From contig NC_092671.1 of the NCBI RefSeq assembly GCF_964355755.1, positions 34,916,304 to 34,980,303 on the forward strand: a stretch of 64,000 nt of DNA, read 5' to 3'. Source of the stretch: Antedon mediterranea. Its lineage: Eukaryota > Animalia > Echinodermata. The translations under genes and the position numbers were made by a program. The first letter of the stretch is position 1. The number at the start of each line of letters is the position of its first letter. Below are positions 52,343 through 64,000 of the stretch, piece by piece. The notes beneath the pieces are model-generated. The model was given only the letters and a program-made list of their open reading frames with translations, was not told the origin of the DNA and did no database searches.

Positions 52343-53767
52343 TTATCTAAGATCCAGCTCAGCATAGTTTAGTCCCTCTGCATTTAGCATGTCCTCAACA
52401 TCTCGTGTAAATGTTCTGTTTTCATATAGAACTTCATCATTGCTCTGTGTATTGTTAATAATATCACATTTATTGACATCATTTTGATTCGGTACTGATG
52501 AATAATAAACAGCATCACAAGGATCTTTAACATCATCTACGTTAGTTGTCATTCTATGTCTCATTTCCACAACAACTGCATATAATTGTTTGTCATTAAC
52601 TTCTGTTTCTGAGTTTATAGTTTTATTTCCGAGTCTGCGTAATTTTTGACGATTAAGACAAATAATTATTAACAATATCATAGCTATTCCAACAGAGACT
52701 GTCCCTGTAATCACTGTAACTATGTATGATTCTGAATCTCTGTTGTTAAGAAGTAGTGTCGGTAGAATAATTTGGATCTCTTGTGTTATGTTCAACGTAG
52801 TAGATGAATTCCAAACCATTCCATCTTCTCTTACAAAGCATGTAATGATAAATAGTTGATGTACAAGTAAAGTATTATTTAGCATAAGGTTAGTGATGTT
52901 CAAAATTGACGTTGTGGAATTAAAAATGTCACTAGGAACATATGGTGAGACCTGCCATTCATACTGGAGATCGTTTGTCTTAAAATTTGTCACAAAACAC
53001 TGGAAATGAACAGCATCTGTCTCTTGCACTGATAGTAATTTAGGTTTAATTTCCACATCAGGTAATAATACATTTAGTCTGAATGTACAGTTTCTTGTCT
53101 CTTTCAAAGCTTCACTGTCAAGATAGCATGTTAATTCAATGTCGTTTCTTATAATTGTAATTTCATCAGATTTTACCCATTTGTAATTAAATTCATCGTA
53201 TTCAATATTCTCAGCAACATTGACATCAGATTCCGTGATAGTAAGATTTGGAGATGTACTTCCATGATCTTTTGAATCGCAATAAAATCTGATTGACTCA
53301 CCAATGTATAATGGTGTATAAGGATTAATCCACTTATTGCTATATAAATAACAATGAGGAGAGGTTTCAGATGGTTGCTGATATACTGTTAGTGTGGCAG
53401 TAGCAGGTTTTGGCCAGAAAGAGTATGCATTGCCATTATAAACATACCCGCATTCGTATAATCCAGCATCAGAAAGCTGTACGTTTGAAATCGTTAAACG
53501 GTAAGATGTATTGTAAGTGGAAACAGAGTATTTGCTTGCAGATATAGATTGAAACAACCAGGCACATTGGGTAAGAAACCAAGTTTCGTTTTTCCAAAAC
53601 AAGGTATAATAATTCGCATTAAAAGTTGCTTCGCAGTTGAAGACAACATCTGAGCCGATTCTTACTTGAGCGTCTTCTGGACCAGAAATTAAAGTCTGGA
53701 TGTTCACAGTAGAAATTAAAATAATTATTATGTAAGCATATACTCTAAATAATCTGACCAACTTCAT
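52343..53767 (-). CDS. IgSF receptor, inhibitory-type lacking the last ITIM; R5
   Basis: 474-aa paralog with neutral TM. Tail has LYAVV, VYYSSV, VLYEN, LNYAEL, then TAA; the relic frame STSFDIIDTEQN follows the stop. Confidence 0.87.
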   Translation of the reverse strand: MKLVRLFRVYAYIIIILISTVNIQTLISGPEDAQVRIGSDVVFNCEATFNANYYTLFWKNETWFLTQCAWLFQSISASKYSVSTYNTSYRLTISNVQLSDAGLYECGYVYNGNAYSFWPKPATATLTVYQQPSETSPHCYLYSNKWINPYTPLYIGESIRFYCDSKDHGSTSPNLTITESDVNVAENIEYDEFNYKWVKSDEITIIRNDIELTCYLDSEALKETRNCTFRLNVLLPDVEIKPKLLSVQETDAVHFQCFVTNFKTNDLQYEWQVSPYVPSDIFNSTTSILNITNLMLNNTLLVHQLFIITCFVREDGMVWNSSTTLNITQEIQIILPTLLLNNRDSESYIVTVITGTVSVGIAMILLIIICLNRQKLRRLGNKTINSETEVNDKQLYAVVVEMRHRMTTNVDDVKDPCDAVYYSSVPNQNDVNKCDIINNTQSNDEVLYENRTFTRDVEDMLNAEGLNYAELDLR

Positions 53768-53795
53768 TGTAGTTCGAACAAATATAAATGACTGC

Positions 53796-53991
53796 GTTTC
53801 AGTTTCTACTCAGCTTGACTGTGACCTACTGTATGAGTTTAAGAATTTAAAATAAAATTATTTCCTGATATCCAACGCTTTTAGCAGCAAAAATAGAGGA
53901 AATGGGGAATTTCCTAAAACATACCATTCAATACAAACATCATTCTTTCAGGATGGGTATGACTACTCGATACGGTCACTGGTATCGAGTA
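53796..53991 (-). promoter_or_regulatory. Same upstream module at R5
   Basis: GTTTCAGTTTC 53796-53806; ATTTCCTG 53860-53867; GGGGAATTTCC 53904-53914; inverted repeat 53964-53991. Confidence 0.5.
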
Positions 53992-56900
53992 TTTTATTTT
54001 TCAGTTGAACAATAGGCCTAAGGAAATTTGTTTGTTATGCAGCATTTAAGAAATCAAAAATAGTTAATTGTATGATATCAAAATTAAGATGTGTCAGTAT
54101 TCAATTGGACAAAAACTACTTGCATGATTATAGCCTTATATTTCTAAAAAAAACTTCAGATGTAATATAATCCAATACCTTTTTTATTGCGACTGATTAA
54201 TTTTACAGTTTACAGCAATTAATTCTGAATATACAAACATAATTATTATTAAAATATCGATACAATACAATTAATTATAACATAAGCAATTAGCAGAAAC
54301 AGAAGGAAAGATGGTAACAATTATATTTCACATTACCATGTTTTTGTTAAAATATTTGACCTCTTTTATCTGTGAATAACAGTAACTGAAATAAATATCC
54401 AGCATTATGCAATTCGTTGTAAATTCAGGTAAACATTATTATTACAGTTTGTATATCAATCCGCCATTTGGTTACATGACCTAATACTTTAATAGTCTAT
54501 AGGCCTATACTAATTATTATTAATTAACTTAAATTCATAACAAATGATAAGTTTAGTAGTGGTCAATCAAAGCACAAATTTCCTGGTAATTTATAATTTG
54601 AATTGTTAGTATACAATTCAAGAAAAATTTGCGATAGACTAGGACTATGTTTTATACATTTATTATACTAAGGCTTCACGTTATTAAATATTTGTTACTT
54701 TTTATATTGTTGTAACTGATTAATTTACTGTGTTCAGCAAAACACTAACAATAAATCCTGATTAATAATATAAATATTGAGGTACATCCGATATAATAGT
54801 GTAATATAAAAATAATTAGCTATGGAAGTATGAACAAAGAAATTACATTTCATACTACTAATACTTCGGAGTGTGTATTTCAACTTGATACTAACATTAG
54901 TATCGGTTATAAAAGCCTAGTGTCATAAATGTATCATTGAAATCAGGAAACAAGCATTATGTCGCCGTTCAGTAGTTCAAGTGGTTATTTTCAGTTTTAA
55001 TGTTTTTTTTTACAACGCATTCTTTTTAAAGTACAGTATGGATGTTCAGATGGAAAAGCACCGCATAGATATGGTAATAATTTTGTATAATAATATCAAG
55101 AGAATGGAAAGGTATATTCACATTTTAATTATCATTAGTAGATTTACCTCCTCCGACTAAATACAGTAGGCCAGAAGTTGTTTTTTTTAAATATCCTACT
55201 ATCATCATCACCCGTAGCTACAATTTAAGAATCTATAAAAATTCGATGAAAAAGGGATTGGAGTCGAGATTGATTACGGTACCGGAATGAATTGCCTTAT
55301 GAAGTAGTCAATTTACGAAGTTTAACAACAGATTGGAACAGTGAAGTGAAGGTATACCATTTTTTGACTTGCATAATTGACACATAAACAAGTCCTATTG
55401 AGTAGGCCTACACCGTTCAAATTCAAGTTAATTAATATGCATTTCATCAGGGATGAGAACCTCTTACCCACTGCAGTTCTCCAGCAATATCCATCTTTGT
55501 CATTCCAAAACCTACGATAGAGGGTACTGTACTGTAAGTTTGTAGAAAAATAGTAGATTGTTAGAAATGATTGAGGAGGAAGAGCATTGTATTGTGGTTG
55601 TATTATTTTCCCGATTTGGTACAGTATCTGTATCAACAAACATAATTTAGACTGTTGTACTGATTCATATTCACCATCTTTCTTTGTAAATGGTAAAACT
55701 AAAAATATACAAAAGTATGTTGCATTAATAACATCATCATAAATATACATACTGTACACTACTATGGCTGTGTGTATATTTTACGTCGATCATCATTGGC
55801 TGCAAGTGATATGTCCCATACGGTTCCGCCAATCAAAACCTTATGCTTATTGATTGTTGCGATTCGTCAATTTTAACCAATAGAATTTCATGACGTTGAC
55901 AATTGTTTCATCTTTCAACAACAAGTCGTCACCGCGCCAGCGCGCACACTATAATACACATTACATTATGCGCGCATCGCACACGTCATTCTGTAATTTG
56001 TGCGCGTAGTAAAGTAACTAGGCAGATTTAAATCTCTATAGTTACATATCAAAACAATTCCCTCCTCTAGGAACCTAGTTACGTTAGAATAATTCCAAAT
56101 AATTTGTTGAAAACCCCCTTTTAAAAATACCTTTAATATTTCAATCATTCCTAAATAAGTAGTAAATCAATGAAATGAACAATTTCATATAAAATAAAGT
56201 TACAAAATCGGTTATTTAAACAAAATATTTGATTAGACAGAAAGTAGGGTAGGATTTATGCATATCTTTAGTTTACTTATTTTTGTTCTAAAAATATTAT
56301 TAATCAGAATTATTCTTACTTTAATATTAAAAATGTTATTTTATTATTCAATGCTATGTCCAGACCAACATCTATATTATGACTTCACTTGGAATCTACC
56401 AAGTGTATTGCCTTACTGTTCGATTTGAAATATCATCATAGTCTTACCTTTGTTATTTATTCGATCGTGTTAACGTAGGCAGTCGTATTGTTGCACCACA
56501 AGAAGACAGGCATAATGCGTTATTTTATGATAGATATAGTAAATATAATACTAATAATAATATTTGATAAATAATAATCGAAATATTTTGGAAAGAAACT
56601 AAGCACAGGACAACTAAGTAAGGAGATGATGTCTCTTCACCGTGTTGTCGGAGCTAACGCTTGTAGTATACTGATGTTTATTGGTTGTTGTGTACACAAA
56701 CTTTATTCCGCGCAATAATTGTGACGTCATACGTGTCATTAGGACAATCAAATATGAATTATATATTTTGCGTCATTCACTCACAAGTGTCCTCTTTCTA
56801 GAAGTTTTTTTTAAAGAACATTTTAAAACTAATTAAATTGGTTGCGATTTATTTCCTATAAATATATTTGTATAATCCCCGAATAGGCCTAAATATATAT

Positions 56901-58214
56901 CTAATGTAACTAAAAAGACATTTAAAAAAAAATCACAATACAAACAATATTTACAATGTTTTAAAAAAGACATTGACTTGATTAAATAACGGCCAATTTT
57001 ATAATTAAAATGATAACATTAAATTACAATAAATTATTTTTATGATTGTGATTTATTTGTGCGATTTAATTGATAATGAATTTCCTAAACATATCATTTT
57101 GTGATTTCTCTGTTTTACGCTCATTATTAATAATTGCATTAATATTACATATATGCAGTAAAAAATACTGTAAAATTAATTACCAGCTAAAATTATATAG
57201 AAATTGTAAAATGAATTCAAATATTAAAAGCTCTCTCTATCAAAAGAAATAAAATTACATTTATAATAATATGACCTTTCAAAAGTTACATTTTTTTTTT
57301 TATTATGCAAAATAAGTTTGTTTCGGGTTTAACCAAACGACTCGTCTGCTTTGTCATCTTAACAATAACTTTTGTGATTATGAAAATAATCAATGTAATT
57401 TAGATTTTCAATTGGCACATCTTTAGAACTATTATTTATATTGTTCTCGTGTTATTTGCACTCCTACATACTAAATACATCAAATATAGAAACAAATTAC
57501 ATTTATTTACTGATCACTAGCTCATTGTACTTGCTTTCCGTCTTGTCAAGTTGTTTAGAATTATTAATATCTTGTAGTATACCTTGTGAATCTGTGAATC
57601 TCTGTTTAGTTTTAAAATCGTCAAATCACCATCCTTTTATGTAATACGCACAGGTGTAATACGTTCATTGAGTTTTCAAGAAGTTTGCGTTTATCCTCCA
57701 ACTTAAACGTCACTGAATTATTTCTGGTAATTTCCTTTTACATTTGACCTAGTGACGTTGAATATTGAATTCTTTTAAATATTTACAACTGTGTAGTATC
57801 GAAGTTCAACCCCGATTTGATACTGTTGAATCGACTTTCACAAAAAAATAAAATCAAAATTCATTTTTTCTAAATGTATATTTATTTCACTAAGAGTACA
57901 CGTTTTATTAATATAATATTAGTATTATGCATAGGCCTATCATTCTAGGAGAATCTGTATTAATATTTTGAACTTGAAATTAATATTAATTAATATTATT
58001 TTGTATCTGATATGTCCAGTATGTAAATCGTCCATTTTTGCGTTTATTGTAAGGAAGCGAATAGTGATTTTTACTCGACGACATGCCGATCAATTTTACA
58101 ACCCAGTATATTATGTTAATGAACAACATGATTGGAGACGGCTTTTCTAGCTATTTATGAGACTAATCCTCGTAATGGAATGATTTAATACGCGTTTCAT
58201 TACTACAGTGCATC

Positions 58215-59541
58215 TTAAATGCCTCCTTTTTTAATCGGTGATCTAATTTTTCTAGTCATCTCGGCATTCTGGTTACCGTCTTCTTGCACTTTCAACGGAT
58301 TTGCTGCAGCAGCAACTAAAATAAAGACAATAATATGTGTATGATAATATTAATTCAAAATAACGCTTAAAGGTGTATTGTCCCCAAAAACATGAACAAT
58401 GAAGATTAATTAAATCAGACTTTGAATAGGTTATTTGGTAGTTTTAATAAAGTTAGTCACTTTAGTAGAATAAAAAAACCCTAATGACAAATAAATAAAC
58501 CAAAAACTCATTACATTCTCTTGCAACCAATTTGAATATTTTTTGCTCTAAATCACAGTTTTCCAGGTAACTCATTTTTTCGATCCAATTTTTTGTCAAT
58601 GTGAATATTATGTGACATTAAAATGACATATTCAACAAAAAATGTTGTAAGAATTTTTTCAGGGCAACAATATATCCTTAATGTAAATGTTTTATAAATT
58701 CCAGTGACATCGCTAAGAAGAATGTAAAGACTTTATTCATTTTAGGGACGAATCCAAATAATTACCGTTTTCATTGCTGTTTCCTCCAGAGTTGAGTTGA
58801 GCCGGATCTGCATCTTCGTTAGATGTTGTCTCATCATCCCCTATCAGTATTGTAAATATTGATTAGTTTCACACACAATATTGCTATGCTAACAGGGCAT
58901 TGTTGAAATGAATTTCCTTCAAAATTGGTCTTAGGCTATGTCTATACTATCAAACTGTATATGTGACAAGAAAATGCGATGTGCCCATATATGGACATGA
59001 TGCTGTCATATCACTACCATATTTAAGCATATCACTACCATATTTGGGCACATCACACTTTTTTGTCAAACTAGTTTGAAAGTGTAGACAGAGCTTTAAT
59101 TATTATGGTTAATTGATGATTTGTACTTTTAGGTCTACATCTACAACTTTTTTTATTTGGTTGCTTAATTTAAAGGTTTAAAAAATAATGATGTTTTATA
59201 TGTGATGTTAAGGTTTTTATAACCCAACTTGTAGTGTATTATAATCGGTTAAATGTGTAACATCGAACTACAGTGCCATAAATAGATTACCACTACACTA
59301 TTACACTAGGAAATTTGTTATAAATTTTTCTCCAGTTTTTTTTATCTCATGACAGAACAACTTGTTTCATAATGGTGTATCAACAATAATTATAAATCAA
59401 TTGATAATTTACATACATTGCATTAAAATATTACAAAAATTATTATAATTAGGCCTATACAAAATTAATCTTACTTCCAGATCTTGCTGCCGATAACGCA
59501 ATCAGTACAAGAAGCATTGATAAAAAGAACAACTTATTCAT
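58215..59541 (-). CDS. Small secreted prepropeptide, copy A3 (80 aa)
   Basis: Exons 59541-59475, 58840-58766, 58315-58215. Nearly identical to A2 (AARSGRDDETT...RKIRSPIKKGGI*). Confidence 0.72.
58371..58677. mobile_element. Second TTAA-target element (also ~42134-43039, where it hosts a nested insertion)
   Basis: ttaa-AGGTGTATTGT...ACAATATATCC-ttaa; a single TTAA at the equivalent site of copy A1 (~13000). Confidence 0.65.
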
Positions 59542-62499
59542 CTTCTCAACCCTTAATAAACAAAAACAAATTGTAAAATATAAAACAATTACAAAAAATA
59601 AATAGAAAATAACTAAATAATGTGTAAATAGAAAATAACTAAACAATTTGTTTATAGAAAATAACTCAAATTGCACTCTTCGTTAATTAGTGTTTTTTTT
59701 TTCTAAATTTACTTAAATACGATTATTTACTTATTTATCTTCCACCCTTAATAAAGAAAAAATATTTGTAAAATAGAAAATAACTAAAACATAAATACAT
59801 ATTTGTCTATTTATCGTCGATCGTTATCGTCCTAGTGTAAATAGGCCTTTAAACATGGTTCATTCATTCATTCATTCATTCATAATGGTATATTTATTAA
59901 AATTATCTTCACAGAAAAACTGAATTGTGACAATTTTTTACATTAGTAAAAGGTACTTAAAATATTTAAAATGTTTTAAAAAGATTGCATAAAATAACAT
60001 CAAAAATTGAGAACCACACAATAATGGTAATACACAGTAAATAAAAGTGAGAACTAAAAAACATAAATTAAATACATCATTCAATAAGGGCAAACTTCAT
60101 TTTACTATTATATTAAAAAACTGTTTTTAAAATTTACTGTTAGTTGCAATTATAAAAAAATGAAACCACAAACACATTCGAGGCCCAAAAAGTGTTTCCT
60201 TAATGTCCACTAACCAGAAATCTATTGACCTCTTAATATGGGTTTGCGGCAGAAAAAACAAAAACAAATCTACCAAAAAAATGAACAAATTGACCTGGAC
60301 TCAAGAAATTGAGAAGAATGGAAAATTTTGCAGCCAACGTTTTATTAATGAAAACTATGTTGTCCCATTAATAGGGGTTGCATCAACAATTTGGTGTTGG
60401 CTGTAGTGTAAAGCATAAATTGCCTCTCGTATTTCTTTAAGGTGTCCCTTAATAGGGGTGTTCCAAAGAAGTGTCAACGATAGAAAACACAACTAAACGA
60501 CAAAATGTGGCCTATAATCATTTTATCTTAAAACTAACTTGAGATGAGATATCAAAAATCTATCGGCAATTTTGATTATTTATCCAAATAATATAAGGGA
60601 AAGCTATATCAAATGAAAACAACAGTCAGAAAGACCAAGCTGTCGAAAAACACTATCATATAAATATATAATATAAATGTTACCTTGAATATTGATGATT
60701 TTCTGCTTTGAAATAAAACTTGCTTTCCGCCTTGTTAAGATGCTTAGAATTGATAGTATCTTGTAGTATACCTTGTGGATCTCTGACTGATGTTTTCAGG
60801 GAAAGTTGCTTTTATAGACGAATGACTTTAGCCCGTTGTTGTTTTACCCATTATTTGCACCCTGTCACCCAATACATGCTTTCCGTCTTGTCAAGTTGTT
60901 TATAACAAATAATACCATGTCAATGTGTACTTTATATCGGCTTACTTTTAAAATTGTCAGGTGGTTGATGTTTTCTGGGAAAGTTACTTTGATACATGTC
61001 ATTAACTCGCTGTTGTTTTTTATCAGATTGAATATTTATAAGAAATGAAGTCGACGACCTCACCTAATACTTGCTTTCTGTATTATATATCAAAAGTTGT
61101 TTATAATAATGTAATAATAATAATAATAATAATAATGATGATGTTTTCGCTGAAAGTTCTTTTCTACACGGATACAAGGATGTTCTACCGTTATTTGTTG
61201 AGTCGACGACCTCACCACGACCTAGTCCACATTATATAGCAAACTTAAGAAAAAACTAATTTCCAACATTTTTCCAGTTGAAAACTTCTGCAAACTGCAG
61301 AAAACTGGCTAGCAGAACTTAAGCCATGTCTGCACTTAGCACACTTTACCTTTCATTCACTTTAAATTCATGTCTGCAAAGTTTGCTAGTGCAGCTCAAT
61401 TCTGCAAACTTGTTTTCTGCAATTTTTCAACTGATCTGCACTAGTAAAACTTGTTTTGACTAAAGCTCTGTCTACACTGTCAAACTAGTTTGATTAAAAA
61501 TAAGTGTGATGTGCCCACATATGGTAGTATACTGATATGCCCAAATATGGTAGTTATATGACATCATCATGCCCATATATGGGCATATCACATTAATTGT
61601 CATATAAAGTTTTATAATGTAAATAGGGCCTAAATCTGAGTTTGCTCAAGTTTGCAACAAAAGTTTTTTGACAAACTAGTTTGCTGATGTGTGGTGAACA
61701 CAGCCAATCAAATCACTTTTGTTGTAGGCATGTTAATCTGCAGATGGACAAGTCAGCCTCTAGTAAGAGAAGACAAGTAAAAGACAAGTTTTTCAAAGAA
61801 AGGTTTTCAAAAGCCAGTGCAGTCAAAGACAAACTTCGGCAGACAACAGAAAACAAGTTCTCAAAAATCTACACTAGCACACTTTAGTTTACGGTGTATA
61901 AAGACTAGAAGAACTCTACTTATAGGCAGTTTATCCTTGTTTAAACCAAAATGGCTTCGATAGTGTTAACTCAAGTTTCACACAAAATAATAATTCCATT
62001 TATTTTACATTTATATTTATTTTACCAAGAATACTTGTTTTTATTACATCCGTTGATAACCTGTACTATTATTACTTTTAAAAAAATCGTTTTTCTTCTT
62101 AATCCCCTTCCCCCACCCCCTACGCATATTGAAATAGGCCTATTAAACTTAGACGCGATAAACCTACAACAATTACCGGTTGATTGTGTAGATAAATTGC
62201 ATCTAATATTTCCTAATTGGTAATTAGTCTACGTAGCATAAATATTATAAGATCAGGGAATAGTAAAATTACACTCTTCCTGGTTGGTGCTGCAATAAAA
62301 TCGCTTGAAAATATTTTATTAAAATATATGAAATAATTAACACATGGTGGCATTGCATGGCAAAGAGTAGCTAGAGATAGAAGTAATGGTCAATTGGTGA
62401 AGAGGCCTTCGTCCTGCAGTGGAAAGAAATAGGTTAAGAAGAAGAAGAAGAAGAAGAAGAAGAATAATAATAATAATAATTAATATCAATGAAACGTAT

Positions 62500-63250
62500 C
62501 TAAGAAAAATATGCACAGGGTTGAGCGGGACCTGCATCATCGTCGTAGTCTTGCCTTCGTGTTCCTATCAGTAGAAAGGCTGTGTAATAATTATTTCAAT
62601 CACATCAAACAGCGATATTGATAATTGAATGGTTAATTATTTTGACTTCTGAAAGTATCGCTTAAATTTAGTTCAGAAATAATAAGAAAAAGTATATACT
62701 TTTCTTTTACTTTTTCCTCTTTTTTATTTTGGCAAACTACCAATATGGTAGTATAAGTGGAATCATTCACTGTCCTCCTTAAAGGAGGAAGCCGGTTCAC
62801 AACATATACACAAGATGCTTTACATAAACAAGTCTTTGAGGGTGAAATAAATACATTTTCATACATGTCCTTAACATTATCGCATAATTATTAACACGAT
62901 TTGATTATATTTATTTCGATACGGTACCATACCGTACCATGAACAAAAAAGATAAACAACGCAATTATTGTGTATGGTACCGTGGATAACCCCAAATGCG
63001 ATTTACATCCTGAAGGGTCTCCCATATTAAAACACATTAGACAGTAGAATAATAATAACTTAACGCGATCCAAAATAGTGTCTCCTTAACACGAGTTTCA
63101 TAGGAGTTGTATACTTTATTAGTATAACAGTAACATTTTCTGATTATGCTGTATTTATTCATACATCATTATGAATCTTACTTTCTCGTCTTTCCGTCAC
63201 AGCTACAATAAGAACGAGGCATAAGAAAAAAGAATAACGTATGATGTCCT
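62500..63250 (-). pseudogene. Prepropeptide pseudogene B3
   Basis: Signal exon with a +1 frameshift (63182-63248), second exon DYDDDAGPAQP, and a SINE inserted a few bases upstream of the acceptor. Confidence 0.6.
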
Positions 63251-63256
63251 ATAACA

Positions 63257-63538
63257 GTGGAGCTGTGGGAGTGGAGCTGTGGCTTGGTGGTTATGATGCT
63301 TGGCTACCAATCTAAGGGTCCTGGGTTCAAGTCCTGTCATATGTCAGGGGTTTTTCTCATGACAATTTACAACTCCACTCCCAAAGACTCAATAATAAGT
63401 CTTTGTTTATGTAGAGCATCTTGTGTATATGTTTGTCTTGTGAAATTATTGAATAGTTTATCCATCCTGTAACGGGTTACTCGCTGTTGGATGAGTATGA
63501 AATAGAATAAAATAAAAAAATAAAAAAATAAAAATAAA
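63257..63538 (+). mobile_element. tRNA-derived SINE
   Basis: A-box TGGCTTGGTGG, B-box GGTTCAAGTCC, (A)nT tail, TSD ATAACA; absent at the paralogous site ~47710. Confidence 0.8.
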
Positions 63539-64000
63539 ATAACATATTAATATTAAAACAATTATATTGCTATCTTTAGATAGTATTTGAAGATGCTTCC
63601 TCCTAGTATAGGCCAATGTACACGCAAGTATTTCCACCCAATCACAAGTAACAGTTTAAATGACCCATCGATTGTACGTTACTTGTATTTGGTTTTTTCC
63701 ATCACTCTCCAGGGGTATGACATTTTGATTTCTAACCTCAATTTTTGTTAAACATCGATTAGTTTTGTAATCATTATTAATGAATAATTCATTGAAATTA
63801 TATACAATATTTTCAATAAATAATTTAAAGTTTTCCTGAGGGTTTTTAATGCGGCCTAGACACTTTAGGGTACGTGTACTGACACCTTGACATTGGCCTA
63901 GACACTTTAGGAGACGTGTACCGACACTGACAATGGCCTAGACAATTAAAAGGTATCGAACCTTTGCCTTGCCTTTAAAGCGTCATCCAAACAATTCGCC

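Larger units (their letters stand above)
54870..64000. repeat. Segmental duplication module III (paralogous to ~9600-17700 and ~26890-27610 + 37647-48170)
   Basis: Collinear near-identical sequence and repeated small ORFs, e.g. 46492/61681, 45865/61045, 13364/43223. Confidence 0.92.

Noticed and set aside
63270-63340. tRNA gene
   Set aside because: A/B boxes are present, but the sequence continues into a SINE body with A-rich tail and TSD, and is absent from the paralogous site.

Overview
AT-rich eukaryotic (animal, probably non-vertebrate; lineage is inferred, not shown) genomic DNA holding a tandem cluster of single-ORF immunoglobulin-superfamily type I membrane receptors on the - strand: 5 full ORFs plus 3-4 relics. 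They fall into two classes matching the paired-receptor design. Three have a neutral TM and a long ITIM-bearing tail (2148-3689, 4984-6498, 52343-53767). Two have an Arg in the TM and a tail that stops before the distal ITIMs (8139-9473, 49521-50906). Paralog divergence is concentrated in three CDR-like loops of the N-terminal Ig domain, and the upstream regions share IRF/ISRE-, ETS- and NF-kB-like motifs. Interleaved with the receptors, in three segmentally duplicated modules, is a 3-coding-exon gene largely missed by the ORF track. It encodes a small prepropeptide (signal + acidic spacer + RxxR + divergent basic C-terminal peptide) and has a pseudogenised paralog beside it. The rest is a dense TE landscape: nested non-LTR retrotransposons (one with a 2A-like peptide and PHD finger), an RTE, hAT-, Kolobok- and Harbinger-like non-autonomous elements, a Helitron, a tRNA-derived SINE, a probable solo LTR and an 81-bp minisatellite.
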